Source: Escherichia coli (lineage in GTDB: Bacteria; Pseudomonadota; Gammaproteobacteria; Enterobacterales; Enterobacteriaceae). From it: 64,000 nt of DNA. The notes beneath the pieces are model-generated. The model made no database searches. It saw only the letters and a list, made by a program, of their open reading frames with translations, and was not told where the DNA came from. This document shows, piece after piece, positions 19,688 through 28,885 of the stretch. The stretch's first letter is position 1, and every line of letters starts with the position of its first letter. The DNA lies in assembly GCF_001677475.2 (NCBI RefSeq), contig NZ_CP015229.1. One strand, written 5' to 3'. Position numbers and translations under genes: made by a program.

Positions 19688-21783
19688 GGATTATCTTCCG
19701 CACGCTCCGTCCGCAGTTTTTTCTTCCGGCGACGGCGTTTTTCTGCCCCGGCCGTCAGTTCCGGGGATGCCGTTTCACCAGAACGCTCCTGCGGGAAGAC
19801 GAGCCACGTTTCCCGCTGTGCCCAGTCCGGTGCGGAGGGCCAGCGGATCTTTTCGTAACCATGCAGAACGGCAAGCGCATCCGCATAAACCAGCAGGTCA
19901 AACGCCTCGTTAGCGCCCCTGCCCGGTTTTCGCCATTTTCCGTCACTGCCGCGCTCTTCATAGGTCAGCTCATCGTAAAACCACCGCCCCAGCCAGTCGG
20001 GAAAGTGGATATAGTTCGGCCCCGGTGTGTCACGCCACAGGGCATTATTTACACGGTCCTTAAACGCATCCGTCTGAACCAGCCACAGCGCGACATCGCC
20101 ACTGGCTCTGGCACGGCGGGCACTTCTGCCGGTATTATCCGGGAAGGTACGGTTAATCAGCCTGTCACGGCGAAGACCATCCCCCTTGAACAGAAACACC
20201 CTGTTGCCCAGTCCGTCACTCCGGCAACGACGCCAGAAACGATAGGCGTTATCTGTCACCCCGGCTTCCCCTCCCGTATCCACCGCCATGGCCATCAGAC
20301 GCATGCGCACATCCGGATCAGAAGCCAGCGGCCATGTTTTATGGAACACATCCGTCAGCAACAAATCCCAGTCCTCCGGATATGCCGCCGGATCAACCGG
20401 CAGACTTTCACCGTTGGGACTGCAGCGCAGTGAATGCCGGATGTTGTAGCGATCAACAATCCAGCGTTCCCCCTGCTCTCCGTATCCGGTGATCTGCACA
20501 ACAAAACGGCGATTTTTACCGCCCTGTACGTCAACCGTTGCCTCAATAAAACGCACACCATCCGGCACAGATCGCCGGGGAAACGGCTCGGCACGCTGTT
20601 CAAGCAGTTCACTTTTACGCTGTTCCGTGGCTGAACGGGGCAGATAGGGTCGTCCGATATCGGTGTTCACCACCACTTTCAGGGTCTCTTCACTGCCGGT
20701 TCGCTCATACTCTTCTTCTGCCGCCAGCAGTTTAAAAATCAGTTGTTCCCAGGTCTGAAACGCCGCAGCCGGCCCCTCCATCCAGAATGACGCAATCCGG
20801 GAATTTCGTGGCGTTCCGGTGATACTGCCGTCCGCCGCCGCCCGTTCACCTTCACGAAGCCAGATCCCCTGGTTATTCAGTTCACGTTTCTGTTCCGGAG
20901 CAATCAGGCCGCAGCAGTGCGGACACATCAGGCGGGCCGCCTGCCCGGCAGCCACAAAATCAGGGTTATTCCGGTAACCGGTCATGTTATCCATCACCGG
21001 CTGAAAATATTCCCCACAGTGCGGACACGGCCAGTACCACCGACGGCGGTCTCCCCGGTTATACAGGGACAGGATCCCCGTTGTTGGGGGTGCCTCATGT
21101 GTGCCGCCACATCGCCATTTGGTGTCAGTGATATCCCGCCCGGGTGAACTCTCGACCAGGGTCATCCCGGAAGACATAAAGGTGGTGGTACGCTTTGATG
21201 CCAGGGTGAAGGCATCCCCTTCCCCGTCCACGTTTTCAGGGAAACGGTCATAATCCGTCAGCGCCACACGACGGTAATCCGAGGAGGAAAATACGGTGAT
21301 CGACGGCCAGCCAATCTTCAGGAAGGAGCCGTCAAGAAACATTTTATCGTGGACGTTGTTGTCATTACGGGAAGGACTGAGACGCTTACTGACCTCCGGG
21401 CTGTGACGAAACGTTCTGGAAAGACGCGTTCTGGAGTGTTCCCGCGCCTTGGTCTCGGTCATCTGCACCACCAGCATATCCGCCGGATCACAGATGATGC
21501 CGTACACAATCCAGCCATCAATCAGCCCTTCGGTTTTCCCGGTCCGCGCCGGTCCTACAAACACCACCGCGTCATATTCACGGGCTGATAATGTATTAAT
21601 GGGGTCAATCATATAGGGCGTCAGTGATGACTCCCACGGACCGGAAGTGTTGGCTCCCCGTGGTACCCGCATATAACGCCTGATGGCTTCCGCTACTGGT
21701 AACCGGCCAGGTGGGCGAAACAGCGAGGCCACTTCGCGCCAGATATCGGATGCGCGGCTATGGCTCTCGTTCACCTGATTCAC
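19660..21783 (-). CDS. Terminase large subunit (lambda A-like)
   Basis: 707 aa; Walker A-like VGPARTGKTEG, lambda A-like N-terminus, basic C-terminal tail. Confidence 0.85.
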   Translation of the reverse strand: MNQVNESHSRASDIWREVASLFRPPGRLPVAEAIRRYMRVPRGANTSGPWESSLTPYMIDPINTLSAREYDAVVFVGPARTGKTEGLIDGWIVYGIICDPADMLVVQMTETKAREHSRTRLSRTFRHSPEVSKRLSPSRNDNNVHDKMFLDGSFLKIGWPSITVFSSSDYRRVALTDYDRFPENVDGEGDAFTLASKRTTTFMSSGMTLVESSPGRDITDTKWRCGGTHEAPPTTGILSLYNRGDRRRWYWPCPHCGEYFQPVMDNMTGYRNNPDFVAAGQAARLMCPHCCGLIAPEQKRELNNQGIWLREGERAAADGSITGTPRNSRIASFWMEGPAAAFQTWEQLIFKLLAAEEEYERTGSEETLKVVVNTDIGRPYLPRSATEQRKSELLEQRAEPFPRRSVPDGVRFIEATVDVQGGKNRRFVVQITGYGEQGERWIVDRYNIRHSLRCSPNGESLPVDPAAYPEDWDLLLTDVFHKTWPLASDPDVRMRLMAMAVDTGGEAGVTDNAYRFWRRCRSDGLGNRVFLFKGDGLRRDRLINRTFPDNTGRSARRARASGDVALWLVQTDAFKDRVNNALWRDTPGPNYIHFPDWLGRWFYDELTYEERGSDGKWRKPGRGANEAFDLLVYADALAVLHGYEKIRWPSAPDWAQRETWLVFPQERSGETASPELTAGAEKRRRRKKKLRTERAEDNPWITSGGWL

Positions 21784-22256
21784 ATATCGGCCTCATCACA
21801 ACAGTCAATGACTGCCTTTTCCAGTGTGTCGCGGATCTCATCAACCACAATCTGCACTTCGTTCAGTTGTGATGCAGTCCACCCCCTGTCCCTCTCCAGC
21901 CTGTCAGGCCAGGTTTCCAGTACCTGAACTATCGCTTTCACCACGACAGAAAACGACCGCCTGACATCACTGACAGGGACAAGCTGAACAGTTTCATGCT
22001 GAAATTTAAGACGCTCGCGCTCGGACTGATACCATGCCTTGCGATCGTGTGGATTCATCTCCTCATCTTCGGTGGATGGTGTTTTTGCCAGCAGCGCAGT
22101 AATCAGGTCCGTCAGGAGATAAAGTTTTTTCTTCTCATTACTGCCCGGAGCAAGAGGAACATCCGCCATTCTTGCGGTAACGGTCTGCCGGTGCAGGCCT
22201 GAAAGGGCTGCCAGTTGATTAATATTTAACTTCATATTTTTCAGCTCGCCGTCCAT
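21780..22256 (-). CDS. Terminase small subunit (Nu1/Noh-like)
   Basis: 158 aa with N-terminal HTH (LNINQLAALSGLHRQTVTARM) immediately upstream of large subunit. Confidence 0.75.
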   Translation of the reverse strand: MDGELKNMKLNINQLAALSGLHRQTVTARMADVPLAPGSNEKKKLYLLTDLITALLAKTPSTEDEEMNPHDRKAWYQSERERLKFQHETVQLVPVSDVRRSFSVVVKAIVQVLETWPDRLERDRGWTASQLNEVQIVVDEIRDTLEKAVIDCCDEADM

Positions 22257-22379
22257 CTACGCCTCCTCCACATACCCCTCTGAACAGAAGTGATTCTGTT
22301 TTTTTGTAAAGAAATGCCGCCACACAAAGATGTCGAACAAAAATTGGCCACAACCATCATCTTTTTTGCATCAATTACA

Positions 22380-22520
22380 TTAAAAACAACAGTTTACATA
22401 CATGATGATGATGACGATAAAATCACAAAAATGCGCTTTTTTCCGCGCCGACCCGCCCCGTGTACAGGCCCACCCCGCCAGGAGGACCCGAAAAATGATA
22501 ATTGTTATCATTTTGTAATG
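22380..22520 (-). other. cos region (cosN/cosB) of the prophage
   Basis: Minus strand reads CGGGTCCT...ACGGGGCGGGTCGGCGCGG (22443-22459), resembling lambda cos ...ACGGGGCGGCGACCTCGCGG, upstream of the small terminase gene. Confidence 0.5.
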
Positions 22521-22718
22521 TGTTCCGGTTTCTTCCACCATCGCACCGGCCAGGCGACTATGAGGGGACAACGCCGCGCTCCGTTAACGCAGTAAACCCC
22601 GGTGTGTATCGTTTTTGATTATCCCCGCACACTCGCGCAGAGGAGTCTCCCGGTCGGGCTGCGGTCTCTGTTAATGCAGGAATACGGCGACAATACCGCG
22701 CATGGATAATAAGGTCAC

Positions 22719-22943
22719 TCAACACACTGGCTGTAATGCAGCGGATACCATGCGGCATTTAGCGGCATTCATCGTACACTCAACGGTCAGCTCTTCATTC
22801 GTGGCATTCACCTGAAAGGTCCGGGAGTGTAATTGCGTACATTTACCACTGAACGAATCTTCAACAAGAACACGACCACGCTGCAAAATACGGAACGGAA
22901 TTGTTCCCTGAAAAGGCTTTACGGTTACCAATAATTTCTTCAT
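22719..22943 (-). CDS. Hypothetical protein downstream of Rz
   Basis: 74-aa ORF from MKKLLVTVKPFQG... with SD GGAGAA; function unknown. Confidence 0.4.
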   Translation of the reverse strand: MKKLLVTVKPFQGTIPFRILQRGRVLVEDSFSGKCTQLHSRTFQVNATNEELTVECTMNAAKCRMVSAALQPVC

Positions 22944-22966
22944 GCATTCTCCGGATAACAAAAATA

Positions 22967-23434
22967 CTAGTTAATACACTGAGTGCGGATATATTCCTGA
23001 AGCATTCTCAATGCTGCCTGGTCGCTGATGATTCCGTCTCTGATACCGAGAACGTTTCGTCCAGCAACCGGAGAGAGTTCGACGGCGGCATCATTGCCCA
23101 CGCCGGAGGTGCCGGTGGCTTCACGCACGGTACCGGGGCAGGTGGCGTTGATCCGCAGGCGCTTACGACCAGCGGCAACATCAGCACGCAGAGTTTCATT
23201 TTCAGCTCTCGCATCGGCTAATTCCCTCGAGTATTTTGCATCGAGCGCAGCAACATCGCGCTGGCGCACCTGCATATCAGTAATGGTTGCGTTTGCCAGC
23301 TCCAGCTCACTGGCTTTTTTATCGCGCTGCGCTTTGTAGGTGATGGCGTTATCGCGGTAATGATTCAGCCCCAGACTAAGCACACCACAGGCTACCAGCA
23401 GGACAATAATCACCACACACAGAACACGGTTCAT
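22967..23434 (-). CDS. Rz: i-spanin Rz
   Basis: Starts [18 protein letters not shown] (TM anchor) then ...[15 protein letters not shown]... lambda Rz-like. Confidence 0.9.
   Translation of the reverse strand: MNRVLCVVIIVLLVACGVLSLGLNHYRDNAITYKAQRDKKASELELANATITDMQVRQRDVAALDAKYSRELADARAENETLRADVAAGRKRLRINATCPGTVREATGTSGVGNDAAVELSPVAGRNVLGIRDGIISDQAALRMLQEYIRTQCIN
23008..23199 (-). CDS. Rz1: o-spanin Rz1 lipoprotein embedded in Rz (+1 frame)
   Basis: [15 protein letters not shown] lipobox, Pro-rich [15 protein letters not shown], fully inside Rz. Confidence 0.85.
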   Translation of the reverse strand: MKLCVLMLPLVVSACGSTPPAPVPCVKPPAPPAWAMMPPSNSLRLLDETFSVSETESSATRQH

Positions 23435-23435
23435 A

Positions 23436-23549
23436 TCACCACCAACGGATTGCCCAGACCAGAACAGCAATGGCTACAATACGAATGGCAAAAGCTGCCG
23501 CTCTTGTTAAATCCAGACTGGCTGGCGTCTCCACTTCAATGCCTTTCAT
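23436..23549 (-). CDS. Putative 37-aa single-TM micro-protein between endolysin and Rz
   Basis: ATG with GAGG upstream; [37 protein letters not shown]; stop TGA 1 nt before Rz ATG. Confidence 0.3.
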   Translation of the reverse strand: MKGIEVETPASLDLTRAAAFAIRIVAIAVLVWAIRWW

Positions 23550-23767
23550 AATGGACAACCTCAGAAAGAATCTTTTATACTTCCTCACAGGGAAAGCACC
23601 TCCCTACCCATAATTTCTCCCTTGCCTTATCCAAGGTCAGAAACACAACCCCGCTTGCGACCAACAAACGGGGTTTTTACTTTTATTCACTTAGTTTTTG
23701 TCAGTTCGCAGGATTTCGTGTTATCCGTCCGCGTGAGCAAACGCCATTTTTCAGCAAAATATTCTGC

Positions 23768-24301
23768 TTATCTGTCGATACCCCAGCACGCCAGCGCACT
23801 TTCCTGATCTCGCCGGGATACCTGACCGTAGCAATTATTTGAGCGGATACGGCAATCTCTGCCACCGTCCTTAATCCACCAGCGAATCGCTTCGCAGGCA
23901 CCTTTTCGATCACCTGCATTAATTCGTTTATAAAACGTCGACGGGAAACACTTACCGGGGCCAATGTTATACGGGCAGAATGACGCGATCCCCGCTTTCT
24001 GGGGTTCGGTCAGCGGCACTTTGATGTTTTTCTCCACCCATGCCAGCGCCTTGTCACGTTCGATGGCGTTAACCCGGTCGCATTTTTCCTTTGACAGCTT
24101 CATGCCAGGAATAACAGGCTTACCATCCACCAGAATGGCACCACGGCAGATGGTCCAGATCCCCGCACCATCACGGTATGCCGTGGTGTGGTTACCTTCC
24201 TTTTCATCCAGAAACTGGTCGAGGATTTCAGGCGCAGGCGCACCTGCGGCAATCAGCGCCAGAACGGCAGCCGACAGACCGTATTTGATTTTGGTGTTCA
24301 T
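23768..24301 (-). CDS. R: SAR-type endolysin (lysozyme R21-like)
   Basis: 177 aa; weakly hydrophobic Gly/Ala-rich N-terminal SAR segment (GLSAAVLALIAAGAPA) then lysozyme-like body. Confidence 0.8.
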   Translation of the reverse strand: MNTKIKYGLSAAVLALIAAGAPAPEILDQFLDEKEGNHTTAYRDGAGIWTICRGAILVDGKPVIPGMKLSKEKCDRVNAIERDKALAWVEKNIKVPLTEPQKAGIASFCPYNIGPGKCFPSTFYKRINAGDRKGACEAIRWWIKDGGRDCRIRSNNCYGQVSRRDQESALACWGIDR

Positions 24302-24429
24302 GGATATTTATCAGGATTTATCGGTTCCGAATCCCTGGATATGTTAATTCTTCAGCCCGCCAGTGGTGGGCACTGGTGTTTTACCTGATGGCTGAAATAT
24401 ATCTGACAATTCCCGTCGAGGATTTAGCA

Positions 24430-24744
24430 ATGTATAACGATGAACATAAATATACCGCCTGCATGCAGGCCATGAATGAACAATTTAAATCAGCATTCCT
24501 TAAACTCATTCAGCAAAACCACGAAGCAGTAAAATCCATTCAGGCTGAACCGTATGGACACCTCACACCACCAACTCTCGACATTATGTCCAGAATATTA
24601 ACACCAGCCATGCTTCTACGTCTGAAAGACAATATAAATGACTGGTTAAACGAAGAATTAAACTACCTTGAATGTGAGTGGGATCATCATTACGCCAAAT
24701 CACAAAAAGAACGCATCTTCCGTCGATTATCCGGCAACAGATAA
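24430..24744 (+). CDS. Hypothetical protein (alternative start 24376)
   Basis: 104-aa ORF MYNDEHKYTACMQAMNEQ... convergent with the gene below; no recognised motif. Confidence 0.4.
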   Translation: MYNDEHKYTACMQAMNEQFKSAFLKLIQQNHEAVKSIQAEPYGHLTPPTLDIMSRILTPAMLLRLKDNINDWLNEELNYLECEWDHHYAKSQKERIFRRLSGNR

Positions 24745-24753
24745 CGAGCCAGC

Positions 24754-25395
24754 TTATATACGTCCTTTAAGATAAGTCAGTCCTGGATGAAACCAGTAAG
24801 CCGGCACTTTTTTAAAGGGTGAATTATCAAAATCACGAAGAAGAGCCTCCCGCACAACTGCATCCTTGTCCGCACCACTGGCCAGCGCTTCAATCTCAGC
24901 AGCTACCTGCAGATATCCCATGCAACGACCAACGCGCTTCATTAGTCCCTGCTTTTTATTGTTCTTCAGGTAATCAATGGCAAATTCAATGAGCGCCTCA
25001 CTGTGCTGGTGCGATGCTGGTGTTACTTTTCCATCTTCACGGATCGTGATATTCCAGTCATCGCTTGTCACAATAAAAGATGGCCGATTATCCCCCCATT
25101 CCTGGTCTTTATCCGGTGCAGACGCAATAAAATAACGTTTATTGCCTTCCTCTCCGGCACTTTTAACTGTAATGGAGTACTTTTCTGACAATGCGGTCGG
25201 TAAAAACTTTTCCTGCAAAATCTTCGCAAAGGTCCTGCGAGCAATTTTGATGCAATCATCGTAAAACGCTGCTTCCTGCTCATCGCGGCGTTTTTTTTCA
25301 TCTTCAGAAACCATCAGCACCGACAGTTTTTTATTCAGTTCAGTGATTTCATTTTCCAGGCAACTTATGCGCTGATTCATTTCTTCATGGTTCAT
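24754..25395 (-). CDS. Hypothetical coiled-coil protein translationally coupled to the holin
   Basis: 213 aa; N-terminal coiled coil (ISCLENEITELNKKL...); its start codon overlaps the holin stop by 1 nt (ATGA). Confidence 0.5.
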   Translation of the reverse strand: MNHEEMNQRISCLENEITELNKKLSVLMVSEDEKKRRDEQEAAFYDDCIKIARRTFAKILQEKFLPTALSEKYSITVKSAGEEGNKRYFIASAPDKDQEWGDNRPSFIVTSDDWNITIREDGKVTPASHQHSEALIEFAIDYLKNNKKQGLMKRVGRCMGYLQVAAEIEALASGADKDAVVREALLRDFDNSPFKKVPAYWFHPGLTYLKGRI

Positions 25396-25398
25396 CGT

Positions 25399-25614
25399 CT
25401 ACTCTCCCCGCGCCGCCTTACGCCGGTCTTCTTTAATTTTGAAATACAGGTTCGTCAGGTACGTCAGCAGACCAAACAGCAGACTCCCCAGCACGCCTAT
25501 TGCCACCCACTGGGACGGAGAGACTTTGTCCAGCAGCTGCAGTAACCAGTATCCCGTCCCCACCGCTGACGTGGTGTATGACACACCTGTTGTGATTTTT
25601 TCCATCTGGTACAT
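25399..25614 (-). CDS. S: Pinholin S (S21-like) with dual-start motif
   Basis: [71 protein letters not shown] resembles phage 21 S; two Met starts 3 codons apart. Confidence 0.85.
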   Translation of the reverse strand: MYQMEKITTGVSYTTSAVGTGYWLLQLLDKVSPSQWVAIGVLGSLLFGLLTYLTNLYFKIKEDRRKAARGE

Positions 25615-25786
25615 ACCCCGTCTCCCGTTATCCGGAAGCTGACAACAATAAAAAAGCCACCCGTTAATTACTGATGGTCCTGATACCTCATACATCAGAA
25701 AAATAATTCTGCTCTATGGTTTACATTCAAAATTATCATTTATACTTTTCAGAACATCACCAGCAAGGCATAAATAAGGAAACTAA

Positions 25787-26122
25787 ATGAAGTGGATTGT
25801 GATTGACACAGTTATCCAGCCATCATGTGGAATATCTTTTTCAGCCATATGGAGTAAAATAAAATTAATAATCTGGTATCAATCGGATGTTTTCTTACCT
25901 CCTGAAAGTATATTTACGCTGACTCACACAGGTATCGTACTCAATAACAAAGTGCTACCTGTAACCATTTACAACGTTGTACCATTCAATAAAAGATTCT
26001 GGGATTTAATCAAAAACAGCCAAGAATGCCCTGCAAATTCAGATAACGTATTTAATGAATGCTTTAATAACCGTTGCATTCTGCAAATATGCCCCTACGG
26101 GCTAAAACGACACAGGCCATAA
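25787..26122 (+). CDS. Hypothetical Cys-rich protein in low-GC DNA
   Basis: 111-aa ORF with SD AAGGAAA, opposite strand to late operon, C-terminal [25 protein letters not shown]. Confidence 0.45.
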   Translation: MKWIVIDTVIQPSCGISFSAIWSKIKLIIWYQSDVFLPPESIFTLTHTGIVLNNKVLPVTIYNVVPFNKRFWDLIKNSQECPANSDNVFNECFNNRCILQICPYGLKRHRP

Positions 26123-26383
26123 TAAGTTTACGCATGTCTGATAGAATCTGTAGAACCTGTTTATATAAAAAGCCCCTCAGGAGAGGGGCATGCTTGCATG
26201 GTGCCGGGTGCCTCCCGATGAATTCAGTATCAGTACCCGAATCAGCATAATAAAGGAGCAGAACAGAAACATACATCACTCATATGCCCACCACCCGGGG
26301 GGATCCACCATGCAAATTTTTTCTAACAAAAGCTCCGTCAACCAGCAATGCCCAATCAACTTAATTGTGATGGATTTAACATT

Positions 26384-26548
26384 TCACGTCTGTGTATTTT
26401 TTACACTCTTCAGCAAAGGCAACACCATTATCACCATCCCCGCCACCAGCACACCATCTGCCAGTACCGACATCAGCCGTCCGGTGAAATCCACTGCCAC
26501 TACCAGAAACAGCAGGATGGCAGCCAGCACAAGGCGCGCACTTTTCAC
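26384..26548 (-). CDS. Putative 54-aa two-TM membrane peptide, GTG start overlapping preceding stop
   Basis: VKSARLVLAAILLFLVVAVDFTGRLMSVLADGVLVAGMVIMVLPLLKSVKNTQT; GTGA overlap with upstream gene. Confidence 0.4.
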   Translation of the reverse strand: MKSARLVLAAILLFLVVAVDFTGRLMSVLADGVLVAGMVIMVLPLLKSVKNTQT

Positions 26549-26970
26549 AGGTACTGCTCCAGTGGTAGCTGCAGCGCCTGAGCAATTTTCTTGAGCTGTG
26601 CTTCTTCATCCGGACCAATACCATCCTGGTCAGCGATATCCAGACACAGGCACAGCACATTAACTGCGTCATCAGTACCTGCAATATCAGCCAGCTGGCG
26701 GAGGGCTTCGGCATTGGCAGAACGCGGCGATGCTTCATAACGGGCGCGGATATTTGCACTCATTTGTGCAATCTCACCCGAGAACGGCGCAAAGGCAGGA
26801 AGTGCTGCAATGGTTTTCTCCAGTACCGCGATTTCTTTCGCGTCACAGGTGCCGTCAGCATATGCAATGGAATACGCACCCCAGACGGTCGCCTCCACTG
26901 CATCGCGATTCTCCATCTTCTTCACTTCGGTAATGGCCTTGCGTGTTTTCTTTTTGAAAATACCAAACAT
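26545..26970 (-). CDS. TerB-like (tellurite-resistance TerB / DjlA N-domain-like) protein
   Basis: 141 aa, two helical half-repeats each with a DG...E...L signature (AYADGTCDAKEIAVLEK ; IADQDGIGPDEEAQLKKIAQALQL). Confidence 0.45.
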   Translation of the reverse strand: MFGIFKKKTRKAITEVKKMENRDAVEATVWGAYSIAYADGTCDAKEIAVLEKTIAALPAFAPFSGEIAQMSANIRARYEASPRSANAEALRQLADIAGTDDAVNVLCLCLDIADQDGIGPDEEAQLKKIAQALQLPLEQYL

Positions 26971-27180
26971 CGTGACTTTTCCTTTTAGTGGGTGAGCCTG
27001 CGCCCTGGGGTGACCAGCCCACAGAGAAAGTCACACTGACCATCCCGTAAGCTCACCCCTGAAAGGCTCTGTGGTTTTTGATATGCGCCGGGCGTGGCGC
27101 GGATACAAAAAAGGCCACGTAAATGCGCAGCCTGGTGATTCTGAGATTTTCGAACGATTCCTTTTTACGACTCCTGCCTT

Positions 27181-27723
27181 CTATCTTCGGCAGAGATGCT
27201 TTGCCAAATTCACATCATTCATCGACATTAAAATACTGTCTTTGATGAACTCGCATACCTCGTTAATTTTTGCATCGGTATCTACGTGCGAAAATGTTCT
27301 GTCCCCATAACCATTAACTGAAATCGTCAGGTTATCGCCATCAAGCAGCACAATCTTTACACCAACTTCCACACTTGCAGACTGGCGGGGATTGTCATCA
27401 ACAACTGTGTATAAATTAAACGCAACTCCGTCCCTAAGGTCTACCTGCAAATCCTCCGGTCGGACACTGAAGCCATTGAGGCAAATATAGACGTAAGGAT
27501 GTAACTCACCCTCAATGTCTCGCCATTGCAGTTCCGGCAACGCCAGTGAAGACTCATAGGCATTGACCAGCCTTGTGGCTGTATCCCGCAACCGCTGAAT
27601 GTATTCCTGCTTAGCTTTCAGTATTTCGGCCCGTTTTGCCCTGATATCAGCATAAGTGACCACTGTATCAATCCTCTTATGAACAAATAAACAAGCCATC
27701 ATAATAACCGCCAGGGTATACAT
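27181..27723 (-). CDS. Hypothetical N-terminally membrane-anchored protein
   Basis: 180 aa, MYTLAVIMMACLFV anchor then coiled region and beta-rich C-terminus; no recognised family. Confidence 0.45.
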   Translation of the reverse strand: MYTLAVIMMACLFVHKRIDTVVTYADIRAKRAEILKAKQEYIQRLRDTATRLVNAYESSLALPELQWRDIEGELHPYVYICLNGFSVRPEDLQVDLRDGVAFNLYTVVDDNPRQSASVEVGVKIVLLDGDNLTISVNGYGDRTFSHVDTDAKINEVCEFIKDSILMSMNDVNLAKHLCRR

Positions 27724-27761
27724 GAAAAAGGCCGCCGTAGCGAGCCATGAAAAAACAGAAT

Positions 27762-27787
27762 AAAAAAAAACCGCCAGGTGTGGCGGT
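27762..27787 (-). terminator. Rho-independent terminator
   Basis: Minus strand ACCGCCACACCUGGCGG followed by a run of 9 U. Confidence 0.6.
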
Positions 27788-27865
27788 AAAGATGTATTCC
27801 CAGGTTTCAGGTTTTACTTAGTAGCAAATTGTTCTATAACTTACTCTAAGTGATGTTTACAACAT

Positions 27866-27934
27866 CGGAATGGTGCATCACCGGTACCTGCCATAGGGCT
27901 CACTACGTAGCCCAACCAATAATGCACCATTCCG
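27866..27934 (-). repeat. Nested inverted repeat (13-bp perfect arms enclosing an 18-bp palindrome)
   Basis: CGGAATGGTGCAT at 27866-27878 and its reverse complement at 27922-27934; inner GGGCTCACTACGTAGCCC. Confidence 0.6.
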
Positions 27935-28067
27935 GTATTGTAAAAAATCAGCACTGAGGCTAACCTGGCCTCAAAACATAGCCCGAAAACTGAGAGTTCC
28001 TAAAAAAAACAATCTGTCCTCACGTAATAAAAATACGCCAGTGCTGCAATACGCCTCTATCAAATGT

Positions 28068-28142
<75 letters not shown>

Positions 28143-28145
28143 ATA

Positions 28146-28221
<76 letters not shown>

Positions 28222-28335
28222 ATTGCTTCCTCGGATGTGAGATGAAATACATCTGAAATGTAATGCACCTTTCTCTCGAAGTAACCCAATAATACGGGAA
28301 GTTAACATTAATTCATTAGCTTATTGTGCAGTGAT

Positions 28336-28885
28336 TTAATTATCTGCCAACGTAACTATTTCACCCGCAGTATGCTCAAAACGTTCAGACTCAAGTTCAA
28401 CGCTTAACGCCATGCCCCCAAGTGCCAGCGCTGCTTTTATTATGGAGCCTGATCCCATGAAAAAGTCGGCAACCAAATCTCCCGGACGCAAACAGAATGC
28501 GCTCTGTTGCCGGGAAATACGCCCGCAGGCTTTCCTTGTTGCACCCGTTCCAGCGCCCGGACAGCTTCGCCCAGATAATGTGGTTCAGCACATTAAAGCG
28601 CTCACGCATCATGATTTCGATATCAGATGCCAGGCGATGACCACAGAACAGGTAAAGACTTCCGGCGGGTTTTAATACCCACCAGAACTGCGCCAGACAC
28701 TGATCCAGCCATTTCAGGTAATCATCGTCGCCCTTCCACTGGTTATCCCAGCCCTCGGGCTTCACTTTAAAGTATGGCGGGTCTGTGACTATCAGATCGA
28801 CAGAGTTTTCCGGTAAGGTCTGGATAAATTCCAGGAAATCAGCGTTGATTAACTCGCAGCTGGATATTTTTACAGTATTAGCCAT
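28336..28885 (-). pseudogene. DNA methyltransferase (DPPY, beta-class) interrupted by a 1-nt frameshift
   Basis: N-part has DLIVTDPPYF; SAM motif DFFMGSGS and C-terminus lie in another frame after a CCGGG run near 28480. Confidence 0.6.

Noticed and set aside
22400-22424. Sequence CATGATGATGATGACGATAAA encoding HDDDDDK, resembling an enterokinase/FLAG-type tag
   Set aside because: Lies in the non-coding cos region with no start or epitope context (no DYK prefix); a trinucleotide GAT run is plausible by chance, so no evidence of engineering.
23701-23964. 87-aa minus-strand ORF overlapping the 3' end of the endolysin gene
   Set aside because: Out-of-frame overlap with a confidently identified lysozyme; no independent start signal.
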